A DNA stretch of 53,301 nucleotides from a virus (IMGVR_UViG_3300043219_000190:1-53301); one strand, 5' to 3'; shown: positions 1 through 10,942, counted from the stretch's first letter. A program made the numbers and translations. Notes: generated by a model not told the origin, from the letters alone.

Positions 1-15
1 GGTCTATTTGCGAGG
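1..15. repeat. Left copy of 15-bp direct terminal repeat (GGTCTATTTGCGAGG)
   Basis: Identical to 53287-53301; indicates a complete/circularisable genome; sits directly upstream of terS. Confidence 0.95.
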
Positions 16-62
16 GGTTTTGTAAAAATTCTGAGTTGTTAAAAAGTAAAGTAAAGTAAAAA

Positions 63-92
63 TTGACTAGTTAATATTTAAAATGCTATACT
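63..92 (+). promoter_or_regulatory. Sigma70-type promoter of terS
   Basis: TTGACT (63-68), 18 bp, TGc-TATACT (84-92); ATG at 101 lies 8 nt downstream with no SD. Confidence 0.6.
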
Positions 93-100
93 TTACTTAT

Positions 101-766
101 ATGATAATCACTAGGTATGGACTTCACAAAATTACAAATATAAATGAATCGGTTTTTTCTCAAATGTGGAAACGCCATCAAGCTGGAAAAGATTTTTATA
201 GTTTTTTTACAGACGACGGAAAAATAGATATTGAAGATAATGGATTCATAAAAAAATATTCACATAAAATAATTCCTGAAGAATTGGAAAAATTAAAAGC
301 TAAAAAAAATAAGAAAAATAATGTTGTAGTTAAAAAAGTTGTAGTTAAAAAAGATAGGGTTGTTAAACCTAAGAATGAAAAAAAAGATACAGAACCAGAA
401 AAACCGAAAGATGAAGAGTTGCAAAAATTAGCACGTAAGGCAACTATTGCAAAACATAAATCTGATATTTTTAAAGCAGATAAAGCAGAATTGGAACTAA
501 AAAAATCCCGTGCTGAAGTTGCAGAAATACAAACCATAGGCCAAGTTTGCATAGGTTACTTAATGGCCTTAAATCAAACATTACTAGACCAACCCCGTTC
601 ATGGATAGATGAAATTTCACTAGGAATTAAAGCTGGAAAATCAAAAACAGATTTAACCGATATGGCACGTAAACCAGCAATGGAAGCGATCGCCGAAAGT
701 ATAGAAATAATAAAAAAAGAGATCAAAAAATATAAGCGAGACACAAAGAGTTCTTTAAATGAGTAA
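101..766 (+). CDS. terS: Terminase small subunit (start probably ATG 101 rather than 83)
   Basis: Overlaps the start of terL; basic N-terminus and Nu1-like helical C-terminus (KADKAELELKKSRAEVAEI). Confidence 0.7.
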   Translation: MIITRYGLHKITNINESVFSQMWKRHQAGKDFYSFFTDDGKIDIEDNGFIKKYSHKIIPEELEKLKAKKNKKNNVVVKKVVVKKDRVVKPKNEKKDTEPEKPKDEELQKLARKATIAKHKSDIFKADKAELELKKSRAEVAEIQTIGQVCIGYLMALNQTLLDQPRSWIDEISLGIKAGKSKTDLTDMARKPAMEAIAESIEIIKKEIKKYKRDTKSSLNE

Positions 767-2780
767 TACGAGATATCTAAAAATAAAAAAACCACACCTC
801 CAAGATTTAGAATGGTTAGAGAAACAATTAGATTCTTTACCTAAATCAAAAATTACATCGAATGTGGCAGAAACAGCAGAGAGGCTTCGAATACTTCCGT
901 CAACATCTCCGTTCCCTGGGAAATATAAATTTTCAAGATCGTCATACATGTACGAGATAGCAATGGAGTTAAGCCCGCAATCAATTACAGAAATAATTAA
1001 CATATGCAAAGCCGGTCAAATGGGGGCCACGGCAGGAAGTACTGAAAACCTAATACTTTTTAAAATTGCAGAAGATCCAGGACCCGTGTTATGTATGGTC
1101 CCAACAAAAGAGTTTTTAATAAAATGGGATGAAACACGATTAGGTCCCATGATTGACGCATCAGGATTAAAATTAAAATCTTCATATAAAAAGAATTCCC
1201 AACATGGCGGGAATGGTGACGCTGTCGGGCGTAAATCTTGGATCGGTGGAAAACTTGATATTTTAACATTTGCACAATTAAACCAACTAAGAAATCAATC
1301 ATATCAAATAATTTGCATAGAAGATGCTGAAGAGTTAGTTTTAACAGCACAAAAAGGTGGCGGTCAAGGTAACGTTAAAAAAGTTGCGTTTATTAGATCC
1401 ATGACTTTTGCAGGCAGAAGGAAAATATTGGACATATCTACCCCAATATTTAAAGACAATTCACACATCTGGGCGGAGTTTGAAAAAGGGGACCAGCGAT
1501 ATTATTATATAAATTGTCCAGATTGTGGCCACTCTCAAAGATTAATATGGGAACATTTAAAATATACAAAAGATGAACACAACCATGTTATAGAAGATTC
1601 CGTTTACTACGAATGTCAATCAAAAGACTGTGATTACCATATCAAAGAAGAGGAAAAACCAGACTTTTTATTATGCGAGGAATTAGGCGGTACAGCAAAA
1701 TGGATTCCACACAATGCAGAAAAAGCAGAACCGCTAACAAAATCTTATCAATTTTCAGCATTATATGCGGGTCCTGGATTTGACACATGGTATCAATTAG
1801 CAAAAGAATGGGTTGCAGCAAAAGGAAGTTCAAAAGATTTACAAGCTTTTTATAATTTAAGACTAGGTTTACCATTTTCCGATTACTCAGAAGCCCCACC
1901 AGAATCTGGTTTGCATATACTAAAAGGTCTATATAAACGTGGCCAACTTCCAAACACAGAACAAGGAATGCCAATATATACAATGTTAGGTGCAGACGTT
2001 CAGGCCGGAAATACAAAAGATGGAAAATATATAAAAAATAAAGAACCCAGAATTGAAGCTAGTTTATGGGGTTATGGATTAAACGGCCGAGAATGGTTAA
2101 TTGACCACTATATTATCCCAGGTGAAGTGACCGATTGGAGATCAGGAGCATTTGCAAAATTTAGGAAAATGCATGAAAAAAATGTTTTCCCAATTCCACC
2201 AACATATACATTTATCGACTCCAGACACCAAACAAACCAAGTTAAAAATTTCTGCAACGGTGGTAAAAACATATATCCAGTTATGGGGCAAGGTATAACA
2301 AAAAAAGGAATATTTAAAAAAGTAGATTTACAAGGTTATCAATCTGGTTTTGGTGGACCATTGCCACTATACGAACTAAATAACGACTCTTTAAAATTAG
2401 ATTTATATAACGCCCTAGGATTAAGACAGGACCTAGTAACAAAAGAATATCCTGCAGGTTACATGATGTTCCCACACGATTTAGACCATACATATTTTAA
2501 ACAATTAGTATCAGAAAGAGCAGTTCCAATAATTAAAAACGGCGCACACCATCACTACGAATGGCAAGCCCACGGAGCAAACGAAACATTCGACTGCGCT
2601 CTATACGCAAAACAGGCAAAAAATGTATTCATGTACAATATGTCAATTCTAAACGGTTGGGAATCTACAAACGATTATGAATTTTGGAAATGGGCAACAA
2701 TTAAATTCGGAATACCAAAAATAACGATAGAAGAATTAGCACAAAAACAGAAACGATTATGGGAAATATTGATTGCTTGA
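759..2780 (+). CDS. terL: Terminase large subunit, lambda GpA family
   Basis: KAGQMGAT ATPase motif, ISTP, GDQRYYYINCPDCGHSQ, GADVQ and IDS nuclease motifs, NETFDC C-terminal motif. Confidence 0.95.
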   Translation: MSNTRYLKIKKPHLQDLEWLEKQLDSLPKSKITSNVAETAERLRILPSTSPFPGKYKFSRSSYMYEIAMELSPQSITEIINICKAGQMGATAGSTENLILFKIAEDPGPVLCMVPTKEFLIKWDETRLGPMIDASGLKLKSSYKKNSQHGGNGDAVGRKSWIGGKLDILTFAQLNQLRNQSYQIICIEDAEELVLTAQKGGGQGNVKKVAFIRSMTFAGRRKILDISTPIFKDNSHIWAEFEKGDQRYYYINCPDCGHSQRLIWEHLKYTKDEHNHVIEDSVYYECQSKDCDYHIKEEEKPDFLLCEELGGTAKWIPHNAEKAEPLTKSYQFSALYAGPGFDTWYQLAKEWVAAKGSSKDLQAFYNLRLGLPFSDYSEAPPESGLHILKGLYKRGQLPNTEQGMPIYTMLGADVQAGNTKDGKYIKNKEPRIEASLWGYGLNGREWLIDHYIIPGEVTDWRSGAFAKFRKMHEKNVFPIPPTYTFIDSRHQTNQVKNFCNGGKNIYPVMGQGITKKGIFKKVDLQGYQSGFGGPLPLYELNNDSLKLDLYNALGLRQDLVTKEYPAGYMMFPHDLDHTYFKQLVSERAVPIIKNGAHHHYEWQAHGANETFDCALYAKQAKNVFMYNMSILNGWESTNDYEFWKWATIKFGIPKITIEELAQKQKRLWEILIA

Positions 2781-2810
2781 AAAAAAACAAAAATAGGGGT
2801 ATTATAACTT

Positions 2811-3053
2811 ATGGCATTATATACAGTTGAAGAATTGAAAACAAAAATAAAAACTCTAATGGAAGATTTAGACGACGGCGTATCTAGTTCAGATTTAGAT
2901 ACTAGTCAATCTAAACATGGTTTTAAAATATCAGTTAGAGCAAAGAGAGAACAATTAGAAAGATATTTAGCAATGCTAAAAAAACAAGATCCAGCATGCT
3001 ACTACTCTTTTATGCCACCCTCAGTAATTAGTTTCGGCGGTAATAGATGTTAG
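2811..3053 (+). CDS. gpW-like head-tail joining protein
   Basis: 80 aa between terL and portal, the lambda W position. Confidence 0.6.
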   Translation: MALYTVEELKTKIKTLMEDLDDGVSSSDLDTSQSKHGFKISVRAKREQLERYLAMLKKQDPACYYSFMPPSVISFGGNRC

Positions 3054-4804
3054 AAAAACAAAAATGGCAATATGCTAAATTAAAAGTTAACAGATCAGTA
3101 AACACATTAGCAAAATACGGCTTTGGATATTCCCCAACCGCTGGATTAGTTGGTAATACTAAAGGTTTAGAACCAAAAGTTATAAATAAATTAACCATGG
3201 CTGCCAATGACATGCAACGTTTCGAAGCTGCATATTATCCAAGAGCAAATAATAAAAACAATAATTCAAATACTCCAAATATTTCACCAGCACATTATGA
3301 CGCAATAAATTTATCAGATCATGAAGAGGTTCAGGAAAAAGCAATTTCTCAATCTAAAACATCTATGGAATTAAGAGCAGTTCAAACTTTTATCCGTAGA
3401 ATATTATATGCACCCCGGATGCAATCACACCCAAACCGTAGAGTTTTAGGAATCGATGCAGAAACCGCAAATAATTGGAGCGCAGAAACTGAAGCATTAT
3501 TTCGTCAAGACCGTGAACTTAAATCATGGGATGAATCATTAAAAAATACTTACGATCAATTGGCAGATATGGCACTAGGACAATATTTAACAGTAGGGGA
3601 ATTTTTCGCAGTTACTAGATCATATTTTGAAGATCCAGAACGACCAACAAATGTATCAATACAACTTTTTAATCCTCTACAAGTGCAATCCCCACATTTT
3701 GCATATGGCAACTATTACTATAACATCCAAACTCATAACGATTGTGGACAGATTATTAATGTATCATATGCAAGTTATCACGATGATATAACCAAAAAAG
3801 GTAACTATATTGAAAAAGGAATTGAGTTCAATTCTAAAGATCAAGAAATAGCAATATTCTTAGCACCAACAAAATTTGGTGAACCATATGTAAGGATCCC
3901 ATTTAAAAATAAAAATGGTTTTGTTCAGGTTATCCACGGTTTTGTTCAAACTGAACCAGGACAAAAAAGAGGTTTACCAGATTCCGCATTTGCACACCAC
4001 GAATTTATGAACACAACAGATTTAAAGAAATTTGAAATGCAATCAGCACGGCTTAGTAGTTCTGTTATGGGATCAGTTACAGCAGACAGTAATGCACAAC
4101 CTGGTGGAAATCAAGGCGGTCTGGATGAACTAGGGACAAGTTTTGCCCCTGGTCCTCTGTCTAATGGAACACTAGAAAAATACGAACCTCCAGGATATGA
4201 AACAAGAGAAGTAAACGGCGGTGCAATAATATTACAAAACTTTACACCCGGATATAAATTTACAGAACATACAACATCTAGACCAAATTTAAACATCCCC
4301 CTATTTATAGAAAAAAACTTAGATTATACATTTGTTGCTACTTATGGGGTAGCAAATGCTCTAGTGACTCAAAAATTTGAAGGTTCTTACAATGCATCAA
4401 AAGGGAAAATAGATATTTCTTGGAAAACAGGTATAGAATACTATTTAAAACAATTCTCCAGCGATTGGGCAAAAGTTATTTATCCTATATGGTTAAACGG
4501 TAAAGTAGCAACAAGTGAAATTATGTGTCCAGGATGGGAAATACCAAAAAAGCGTTTTGCATGGTCTAGTATGTCAGTTATCACACCACGAAAACCATCA
4601 TTAAACCCATTGCAGGAAGCAAAAGCAAATGATTTAAACATGACAAACTTTTTAATTAATGGAGAAGTCGCAGCACAACAAACCTCTGATACAAGTTTTG
4701 AAGAAAACGCAGAACGTGGCGTATTAGAGAAAAAATTAAAAGATAAAGTTAATCCACCAGAAATAATACAACCAGTTAAAAAGGAGATTACCGAAAATGC
4801 CTAG
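3047..4804 (+). CDS. Portal protein, lambda family
   Basis: GEFF, GIEFN, VIHGF..EPGQKRGLP, SYNASK, LNPLQEAKA motifs; synteny. Confidence 0.9.
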   Translation: MLEKQKWQYAKLKVNRSVNTLAKYGFGYSPTAGLVGNTKGLEPKVINKLTMAANDMQRFEAAYYPRANNKNNNSNTPNISPAHYDAINLSDHEEVQEKAISQSKTSMELRAVQTFIRRILYAPRMQSHPNRRVLGIDAETANNWSAETEALFRQDRELKSWDESLKNTYDQLADMALGQYLTVGEFFAVTRSYFEDPERPTNVSIQLFNPLQVQSPHFAYGNYYYNIQTHNDCGQIINVSYASYHDDITKKGNYIEKGIEFNSKDQEIAIFLAPTKFGEPYVRIPFKNKNGFVQVIHGFVQTEPGQKRGLPDSAFAHHEFMNTTDLKKFEMQSARLSSSVMGSVTADSNAQPGGNQGGLDELGTSFAPGPLSNGTLEKYEPPGYETREVNGGAIILQNFTPGYKFTEHTTSRPNLNIPLFIEKNLDYTFVATYGVANALVTQKFEGSYNASKGKIDISWKTGIEYYLKQFSSDWAKVIYPIWLNGKVATSEIMCPGWEIPKKRFAWSSMSVITPRKPSLNPLQEAKANDLNMTNFLINGEVAAQQTSDTSFEENAERGVLEKKLKDKVNPPEIIQPVKKEITENA

Positions 4805-6104
4805 ATTATTATTTGCAATGAATGAACCAGAATTAAATGCGTATATTTCGCATATGAATAATATATCCCTAATCCGTGGAGATATGGCAGCCGATGAAGT
4901 AAAAAACACTATTCAGTTAATTTCAGATACAAGAGAGAGTCAAAAAGAGTCTTTTAATGTAGATGAATCAGGTGTTAGTCATATAAATATTGTCGGAGTC
5001 CTACAACCAAAAGTAGATCCATGTGCAATTTTATTTGGAATAGAAGCTACAGCCTATTCCGAAATAATGGATGCAATAGCAAAAGGTGAAGCCAATTCAG
5101 ATGTAAAAGAACACCTATTCCACTTTGATACTCCAGGTGGTTACTTGGTCGGATTAGAAAAAACCGCATTAGCAATAAAAAACGCAAAAAAACCAACAAA
5201 AGGGATAATCCACGGACAAGCTTGTTCCGCTGGTTTGTTTTTAGGTTCACAATGTGATATATTTGAAGCAGAAGGGGAACTTTGCGAATCTGGTTCATTG
5301 GGTGTAAAAATCGTAATGACAGACACAACCGCAAAAGATCGAGCATCAGGAATAACAAAATATACTATAGTTTCTGAAAATGCACCGTTAAAAACAATTG
5401 ATCCAGCTAAAAAAGAGGATCGATTAAGATTAAAAGCACACATAACTAAAATGGAAGATATATTTACTTTTTTTGTAGCAGACGGTCGGAACACCACCCC
5501 CGAAAATGTTAGAAAAACTTACGGAAAAGGTGCAACATTATTAGCACGAGAAGCCTTAGACGTAGGAATGATTGACAGTATACAAAATGAAATGACTGAT
5601 TCTATTTTAGAAAATGATACTAGCAACACCAGCAGTATTGATAAAAAAACAATACCAAAAACCAATACGGAGGACAATAATAATATGGAAATGACAGCAG
5701 AAGAAATTGCAAAAATTGCAAGTGACGCAGCTACTCAGGCATCAGCAAAAACAGAGCAAAACATGATTGAGATGTTAGATAAAAGAGATTTAGCAGCATC
5801 AGCAGAAACAAACAGAAAAGCAGGTTTTGCACCACTATTAGCAAAATTCCCAAATCAGGTAACAATGATAACTGAAGAAATGGCGAAACCAGAAGGTGCA
5901 GCAAGTTCTGATTTTACTATTAAGTTAATGGAAACTGAGAGTGCGAGATTAAGTGCAGAAGATGAATTAAAGAAAAATTCAGGTGATAAAACAGATCCCT
6001 TAAAAACAAAAAAACCAGATGAAGAAAAACTTTCAGCAGAAACAGACATTGCTGAAATGTCCGAAATGATGGGCGTTGAATTACCAAAAATGGAGGCGAA
6101 CTAA
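4797..6104 (+). CDS. S49 (SppA-like) prohead protease with C-terminal scaffold region
   Basis: FDTPGG, ACSAGLFLGS, GSLGV, FVADGR, ALDVGMID motifs. Confidence 0.9.
   Translation: MPRLLFAMNEPELNAYISHMNNISLIRGDMAADEVKNTIQLISDTRESQKESFNVDESGVSHINIVGVLQPKVDPCAILFGIEATAYSEIMDAIAKGEANSDVKEHLFHFDTPGGYLVGLEKTALAIKNAKKPTKGIIHGQACSAGLFLGSQCDIFEAEGELCESGSLGVKIVMTDTTAKDRASGITKYTIVSENAPLKTIDPAKKEDRLRLKAHITKMEDIFTFFVADGRNTTPENVRKTYGKGATLLAREALDVGMIDSIQNEMTDSILENDTSNTSSIDKKTIPKTNTEDNNNMEMTAEEIAKIASDAATQASAKTEQNMIEMLDKRDLAASAETNRKAGFAPLLAKFPNQVTMITEEMAKPEGAASSDFTIKLMETESARLSAEDELKKNSGDKTDPLKTKKPDEEKLSAETDIAEMSEMMGVELPKMEAN
5685..6104 (+). CDS. Nested in-frame scaffolding protein (Nu3-like internal start)
   Basis: GGAGG at 5669-5673 then in-frame ATG at 5685 after a low-complexity linker; same arrangement as lambda C/Nu3. 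Confidence 0.55.
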   Translation: MEMTAEEIAKIASDAATQASAKTEQNMIEMLDKRDLAASAETNRKAGFAPLLAKFPNQVTMITEEMAKPEGAASSDFTIKLMETESARLSAEDELKKNSGDKTDPLKTKKPDEEKLSAETDIAEMSEMMGVELPKMEAN

Positions 6105-6490
6105 TGGCACCACAAACACGATTAGATTACAATGAACTAATGTTTGCAGTTCACGATATAGACTATAAATATAAAGATGGAATTGTAGTAGCAGGAGCCG
6201 ACTTAGTAGAAGGTCAAGTTGTTGTTTTAGACACTGGAAAATATAGAGCTGCAATTGATGCAGATAAAGGTGTTGTTATATCAGGTTGGAGAATCTTACT
6301 TGCAGATGCAGCAGCAGCAGGTGGAGACGTTCCAAATATTCCTATGGGAATTTCTGGTGGAATTAACACTGATAAAATAGTTGGTGCAGGTCTAGCAGTA
6401 GACGACGAACTTTTAAACATTTTAGAAGTGAATAGAATTATAGTTCAAGGTGGAACTAATGCAATACAAGTAGCAGGGGAGGACGCATAA
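6104..6490 (+). CDS. Head decoration protein (gpD-like)
   Basis: 128 aa, Ala/Gly/Val-rich, between protease and capsid gene, strong SD. Confidence 0.7.
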   Translation: MAPQTRLDYNELMFAVHDIDYKYKDGIVVAGADLVEGQVVVLDTGKYRAAIDADKGVVISGWRILLADAAAAGGDVPNIPMGISGGINTDKIVGAGLAVDDELLNILEVNRIIVQGGTNAIQVAGEDA

Positions 6491-6491
6491 T

Positions 6492-7739
6492 ATGTCTAGT
6501 ACAATAACAACAACACGGTTTGTAATGAACAGTCAAATGAATCAAAGTGCAAAACTTGCAAGAATTGCAACTCCATTTTTAGCAATGTATAATTTACAAC
6601 AAGCTATTATAGATATGGCATCAGATCAAATTACCGTAGAACTTTTTAAAGGTAATGAAAAAGTAGCCGTATTAGTTAGACGTTTAGTAGGTTCAGGTTC
6701 AAGTGCCGATAATAACACAATTAGACCTGGAATATCTGGTGCAGATGATTATTTATTTGCTTTAATTGAACAAAAAATGGCATTACCAGAAGGAACTTTA
6801 AATAAAAGAGTTCCAGGTGAACCAGAAAGAGTTACAGGTGGAGATAAAGGCGAACGTAAAAGATTTAGACGTCGTTATTGGTTTATGAAATTATCTCTTG
6901 ATATGATTTGTCGTGTTATTAGAAAAAATGAGCAATTATGTCAACAATCTCACTTTGATTCAGAAATGGAAATTAAAGATAATTTTCAAGGTGATACTAA
7001 ATTAGTATTCCCACGTTCTGCAGCTCTTGGAAACAGAACAGTAACAGCAGCATGGTCTGACGCTGCAAATGCAAAACCTTGGACAGATATTGCCCTTGCT
7101 TTTAAAGCAATCAGAAAGCATTCACAAATTAATAATAACAAACTTAGATATGCTTTTTTATCTGATTCTGCAATGACTAACCTAAGAGCTATTTACAGAG
7201 ATCAAAGACCAGGCGAAGGACCAGACGTTAATAAGCTAAACAACACTTATAACTTTAACCCAGACAATGGCGAACCAAAACCATTTAGTTTCCTAATTAA
7301 CAACGGAATGGAATATGGTGGATGGTTAAGAGGTGAAGAGTTTGGTAACGTAAAAGTACACCTTTTCACACTTCCGGAAGGTTATGACACAATAGAGGAC
7401 GATTCAAGTTCAAACTTTGAATCATGGATAACAGGCGAAACAATATGTGTAGGTTTATTTGATCCATCGTACTATAGATCATACTATGGTCCTGGAACAA
7501 AAGTACCACCAGAAGATTCTGTAATGACAAAGGCTATTGGTAAAAAAGGAATAATTCAGGTTCCAGCAATCGCAGGTTTAACTATCGGTAATTCTGGAAT
7601 TCCAACAGAAACAATGATGGTCAACCTTTACCCTCTTGGTCAAGACGATGGTTTTGGTGCATCAACACAACATGCTCCAATTTATGCCCCTGAAGTGTTA
7701 GACATTACAGCAACAATTGACACAGAAACAACAGTTTAA
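6492..7739 (+). CDS. Major capsid protein (lambda gpE-like)
   Basis: Size, synteny, WSDAANAKP..DI motif, C-terminal QHAPIYAP motif. Confidence 0.85.
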   Translation: MSSTITTTRFVMNSQMNQSAKLARIATPFLAMYNLQQAIIDMASDQITVELFKGNEKVAVLVRRLVGSGSSADNNTIRPGISGADDYLFALIEQKMALPEGTLNKRVPGEPERVTGGDKGERKRFRRRYWFMKLSLDMICRVIRKNEQLCQQSHFDSEMEIKDNFQGDTKLVFPRSAALGNRTVTAAWSDAANAKPWTDIALAFKAIRKHSQINNNKLRYAFLSDSAMTNLRAIYRDQRPGEGPDVNKLNNTYNFNPDNGEPKPFSFLINNGMEYGGWLRGEEFGNVKVHLFTLPEGYDTIEDDSSSNFESWITGETICVGLFDPSYYRSYYGPGTKVPPEDSVMTKAIGKKGIIQVPAIAGLTIGNSGIPTETMMVNLYPLGQDDGFGASTQHAPIYAPEVLDITATIDTETTV

Positions 7740-7749
7740 GGAGATTTAA

Positions 7750-8100
7750 ATGTATTTAACACCAAATCAAGTATTTTGTAAGAAGGGTCTTAGAGGTGGT
7801 AATATCACTACAAAAGACGGTGAATATAGAAAATTGTCAGCAGTTGAATTAAAGATTATGGAAAAAAATATTCCAGGTCTTAAAATTAGAAAAATTGTTG
7901 TTGACAATAAACCAGAAGTTATTGAACCAGAAAAGACAGAAATTAAACCAGGTTCCGTAGAAGCTCTAAGATTAGAAGCTGAAGAGTTAGGAATTGATTT
8001 TAATTCTAAAACTAAAAAAGGTGATCTTGAAACATTGATTTCTGAAAAAAAACTTGAATTAGAAACAGAACCAGAAACAGAAGGTGAAGGGGACGAATAA
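7750..8100 (+). CDS. Small protein with HeH/Rho-N-like helical domain (FI position)
   Basis: VEALRLEAEELGIDFNSKTKKGDLETLI pattern; acidic tail. Confidence 0.5.
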   Translation: MYLTPNQVFCKKGLRGGNITTKDGEYRKLSAVELKIMEKNIPGLKIRKIVVDNKPEVIEPEKTEIKPGSVEALRLEAEELGIDFNSKTKKGDLETLISEKKLELETEPETEGEGDE

Positions 8101-8104
8101 ATAA

Positions 8105-8488
8105 ATGGATTTGCTCAACCGCCACGCCAAACTGATGAAAAAAATCGTAGAACCCTTTTCGGTAACTGTAACTTTAACAGATCCAGAAGGGACAGTATAC
8201 GAGAACTTAAAACCAATTTGGAACGATGTTGAGCACGTTTTAAAAATGGATAATCTTGACACCTCCAATCCTATGGGTGCAAGATCTTCCATTTATTTTG
8301 ATAAAGATACACTTTCCACACCTGGAATAGTACCCGGTAATAGTTGGATAATGACAGGATCACCGAACGCATATACAGCATCCGCTGATTATGTTTTAGA
8401 GATCCCGAAAGAGGATAACCAGTTACCAGGGGATTTATTTTTTATTAGTAGAGTAAAAGAAAAAGATGAAAGATGGGGAGCGCAATAA
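8105..8488 (+). CDS. Putative head closure/head-tail connector
   Basis: Synteny and size only. Confidence 0.5.
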   Translation: MDLLNRHAKLMKKIVEPFSVTVTLTDPEGTVYENLKPIWNDVEHVLKMDNLDTSNPMGARSSIYFDKDTLSTPGIVPGNSWIMTGSPNAYTASADYVLEIPKEDNQLPGDLFFISRVKEKDERWGAQ

Positions 8489-9114
8489 TGCAGGTTTTTA
8501 GATTAGAGACACCAATTAAAAATAAGATTGAATTTATAGTTGGTGAAAAAATTACAGATGGTGAAATTCCAGCAAATTCTGATATTAAATATTTAGATTT
8601 TGAACCACCTGAAGGATTTTTTAATAGTTCTGATTTAGACGGAGCAATTGCAGTTTACGCCCCTAGTGTTACTTTTTCCGAGTCGTCAGGATCGAAAACA
8701 GAACAACAAGAATCAGACTCTATAATAAGAGTTGTTTCATATGGTTTTGGAGCTCCATTAAAAGACGACGACGATATTACTAAATATGAATCTTCAGTTC
8801 GTGAAGCACAAAACAGAGCGCAAATATTAATTACTTGTGCTTTCCGTGCAGTTATGGACAGAAGGGAAGTTGCAGGTTCACCAAGTGAAGGAATCGAACC
8901 GTCTTATGATAGTGGTATTGATGTAGGAGCAAATAAGTTCCCTCAATCAATGCAAAAAGTTACCCCAGAGGGTGCAATGACTACAAACCGTGGATTATGC
9001 ATTTATTTTCAAGATTTTAAATTCAAATTAGACGAATCCGCAATCAACGAAGAATTAGGCGTGGCATTTGCCGGATCGGACAATATTGAAACCGATACAA
9101 TAGACCCAATATAA
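8488..9114 (+). CDS. Putative tail terminator/neck protein
   Basis: Upstream of sheath; TAATG coupling at 8486-8490 with GGGGAG SD favours start 8488. Confidence 0.5.
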   Translation: MQVFRLETPIKNKIEFIVGEKITDGEIPANSDIKYLDFEPPEGFFNSSDLDGAIAVYAPSVTFSESSGSKTEQQESDSIIRVVSYGFGAPLKDDDDITKYESSVREAQNRAQILITCAFRAVMDRREVAGSPSEGIEPSYDSGIDVGANKFPQSMQKVTPEGAMTTNRGLCIYFQDFKFKLDESAINEELGVAFAGSDNIETDTIDPI

Positions 9115-9135
9115 AACATAGAAAGGAGCAAATAA

Positions 9136-9363
9136 ATGAGAGCAAAATTTAGATGTGATTCTGTTACAGATTTTGGTGGAAGCAAAAAAGCCAAATTAAC
9201 AGCAATAACCAATGGATCAGAAGAAAATTCTGATTTTAATAAATATACTCCATCCGCTGAATTAGAAATTCACATATGCAACCCAAACGCATTGGATTAT
9301 TTTAAACCAGACGAAGAGTATTATTTAAATTTCTCTAAAGCAGAAAAAGGAGATATTTCGTAA
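9136..9363 (+). CDS. Conserved small phage protein
   Basis: AAGGAG SD; MRAKF.C...EEN..F.KYTPS...I.NP.A...F.P..EYYL.F pattern seen in many phages. Confidence 0.65.
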   Translation: MRAKFRCDSVTDFGGSKKAKLTAITNGSEENSDFNKYTPSAELEIHICNPNALDYFKPDEEYYLNFSKAEKGDIS

Positions 9364-10931
9364 TGAGTAGTTTACCCAATAACGCCCTAGCGTCAATATA
9401 TACAGCTTTTACATTAGAAGCTATATTCGGCGTATTAAAAGCATTTTTGCAAGCTGATAAATTATTAGCTGGTGGATTTGACCCACTTAAAACCGAAGTC
9501 GTACAGGGACAAGCTTATACAATAATCTCACTAAAACAAGCCGGTGAAACTTTTGGTTTTGGTAGTCAATTATATAGAATGGTTCTGTACCAAATCAAAG
9601 GGGCTGGTGGTCAAATACCGATAACCTGTTTCCCATTAGATGCAGCATCAGGCGGTGCAACAGAAACCAAAACAATTACATTCGCAGAAGATGCAACCAG
9701 TTCTGGAAGTTATATTTTCCGTGTTGGTAGTTATCTATTACAAGATGTTATAGAAATCGGAGTAAGTTCAGGTTCAACACCGACTGAGATCGCTCTATTG
9801 TTAAACGATAAAATTAACGCAAATTCAGCACTTCCATTTAAATCAACCGTATTACTTGGAGTTGTTACAATAGTTTCTAAAACCGCAGATGTTACAGCAT
9901 CAGAAATGAGTGTAACCGTTAATCAAAAAGAATCTGATTTACTACCTGCAGATATGACCGTAGCTATATTAAGTACAGTTTCAGGTGCTGGTTCTTCAGA
10001 TTTAGCAGATTTATGGAGCTATGTCCAAGCTGAAACAACACCATGGCACACATCAATAATTCATCCATATACAGCAGAATTAGCACTAGATAGCGGAGCC
10101 GTAACAATTGGAAACCCTAATCAGCAAAGTGGTCAATATGATCCTAGAGACTACAGGCCAGCTAGTATTTACACTTGTGACACAACAGGCGGTGACGCTG
10201 GACTAGTTGCAGCATTAGCATTAGCAGATGGTAGGGAAAATGATTGTGGTAATGTTAGATTAGAAGCTCCAGACTATCCAGAATTAGGATATGAGATCGC
10301 AACTTACGTTTCCGCAACAATGGAAGTTGGCTCAATGTTTGAGAGTTCAAGAGCTTATACACATTTAGGTCTATCGGAACTATATGGACCATTAGATCCT
10401 AAAGAAGATTGGGCAATGTATAAAGAGGGCGGTAAAGCATACGATAATAGAGATTTAGCGGTAAAAGCTGGAATAACTCCAATTATGTACGCTAACAATC
10501 TTGCTAAAATTGGTGATATGACTAGCTACTGGCAACCAGAAAGCAATCAGAACGCACCATTTAAATTCCAAGTTAACCGATGGAAAGCATGGAACATTCA
10601 AAACCTTTATAGTATTTACATTAATGGAGATAAAAACGCAGGTCGAGCAATTGTTAACTCTATTGCAGCAACTAATCAAAGTGCAAACGCAATTGACGCA
10701 TCAGTATTAAATGCAGGTTTAGCATTAGTAACTAGTCAGTTGGAAAAAGAAGCATGGATATTTACGGCACTATTTACGCTAAAAAATACATTGATTATTC
10801 CATCAGAAACTAATCCAGATAGATTTGATTTTAAACTACCTGTTATATTGTCAGGTAATAACAGAATCAATGTTGGTGGTATTTTAATTGACAGAGATCA
10901 AACAGCAGTCGATATCATATTAGTAGCCTAG
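9363..10931 (+). CDS. Contractile tail sheath protein (Mu gpL-like)
   Basis: FGFGSQLYRM, AVKAGITP, NPDRFDF motifs; 522 aa. Confidence 0.9.
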   Translation: MSSLPNNALASIYTAFTLEAIFGVLKAFLQADKLLAGGFDPLKTEVVQGQAYTIISLKQAGETFGFGSQLYRMVLYQIKGAGGQIPITCFPLDAASGGATETKTITFAEDATSSGSYIFRVGSYLLQDVIEIGVSSGSTPTEIALLLNDKINANSALPFKSTVLLGVVTIVSKTADVTASEMSVTVNQKESDLLPADMTVAILSTVSGAGSSDLADLWSYVQAETTPWHTSIIHPYTAELALDSGAVTIGNPNQQSGQYDPRDYRPASIYTCDTTGGDAGLVAALALADGRENDCGNVRLEAPDYPELGYEIATYVSATMEVGSMFESSRAYTHLGLSELYGPLDPKEDWAMYKEGGKAYDNRDLAVKAGITPIMYANNLAKIGDMTSYWQPESNQNAPFKFQVNRWKAWNIQNLYSIYINGDKNAGRAIVNSIAATNQSANAIDASVLNAGLALVTSQLEKEAWIFTALFTLKNTLIIPSETNPDRFDFKLPVILSGNNRINVGGILIDRDQTAVDIILVA

Positions 10932-10942
10932 GAGGTAAATAA

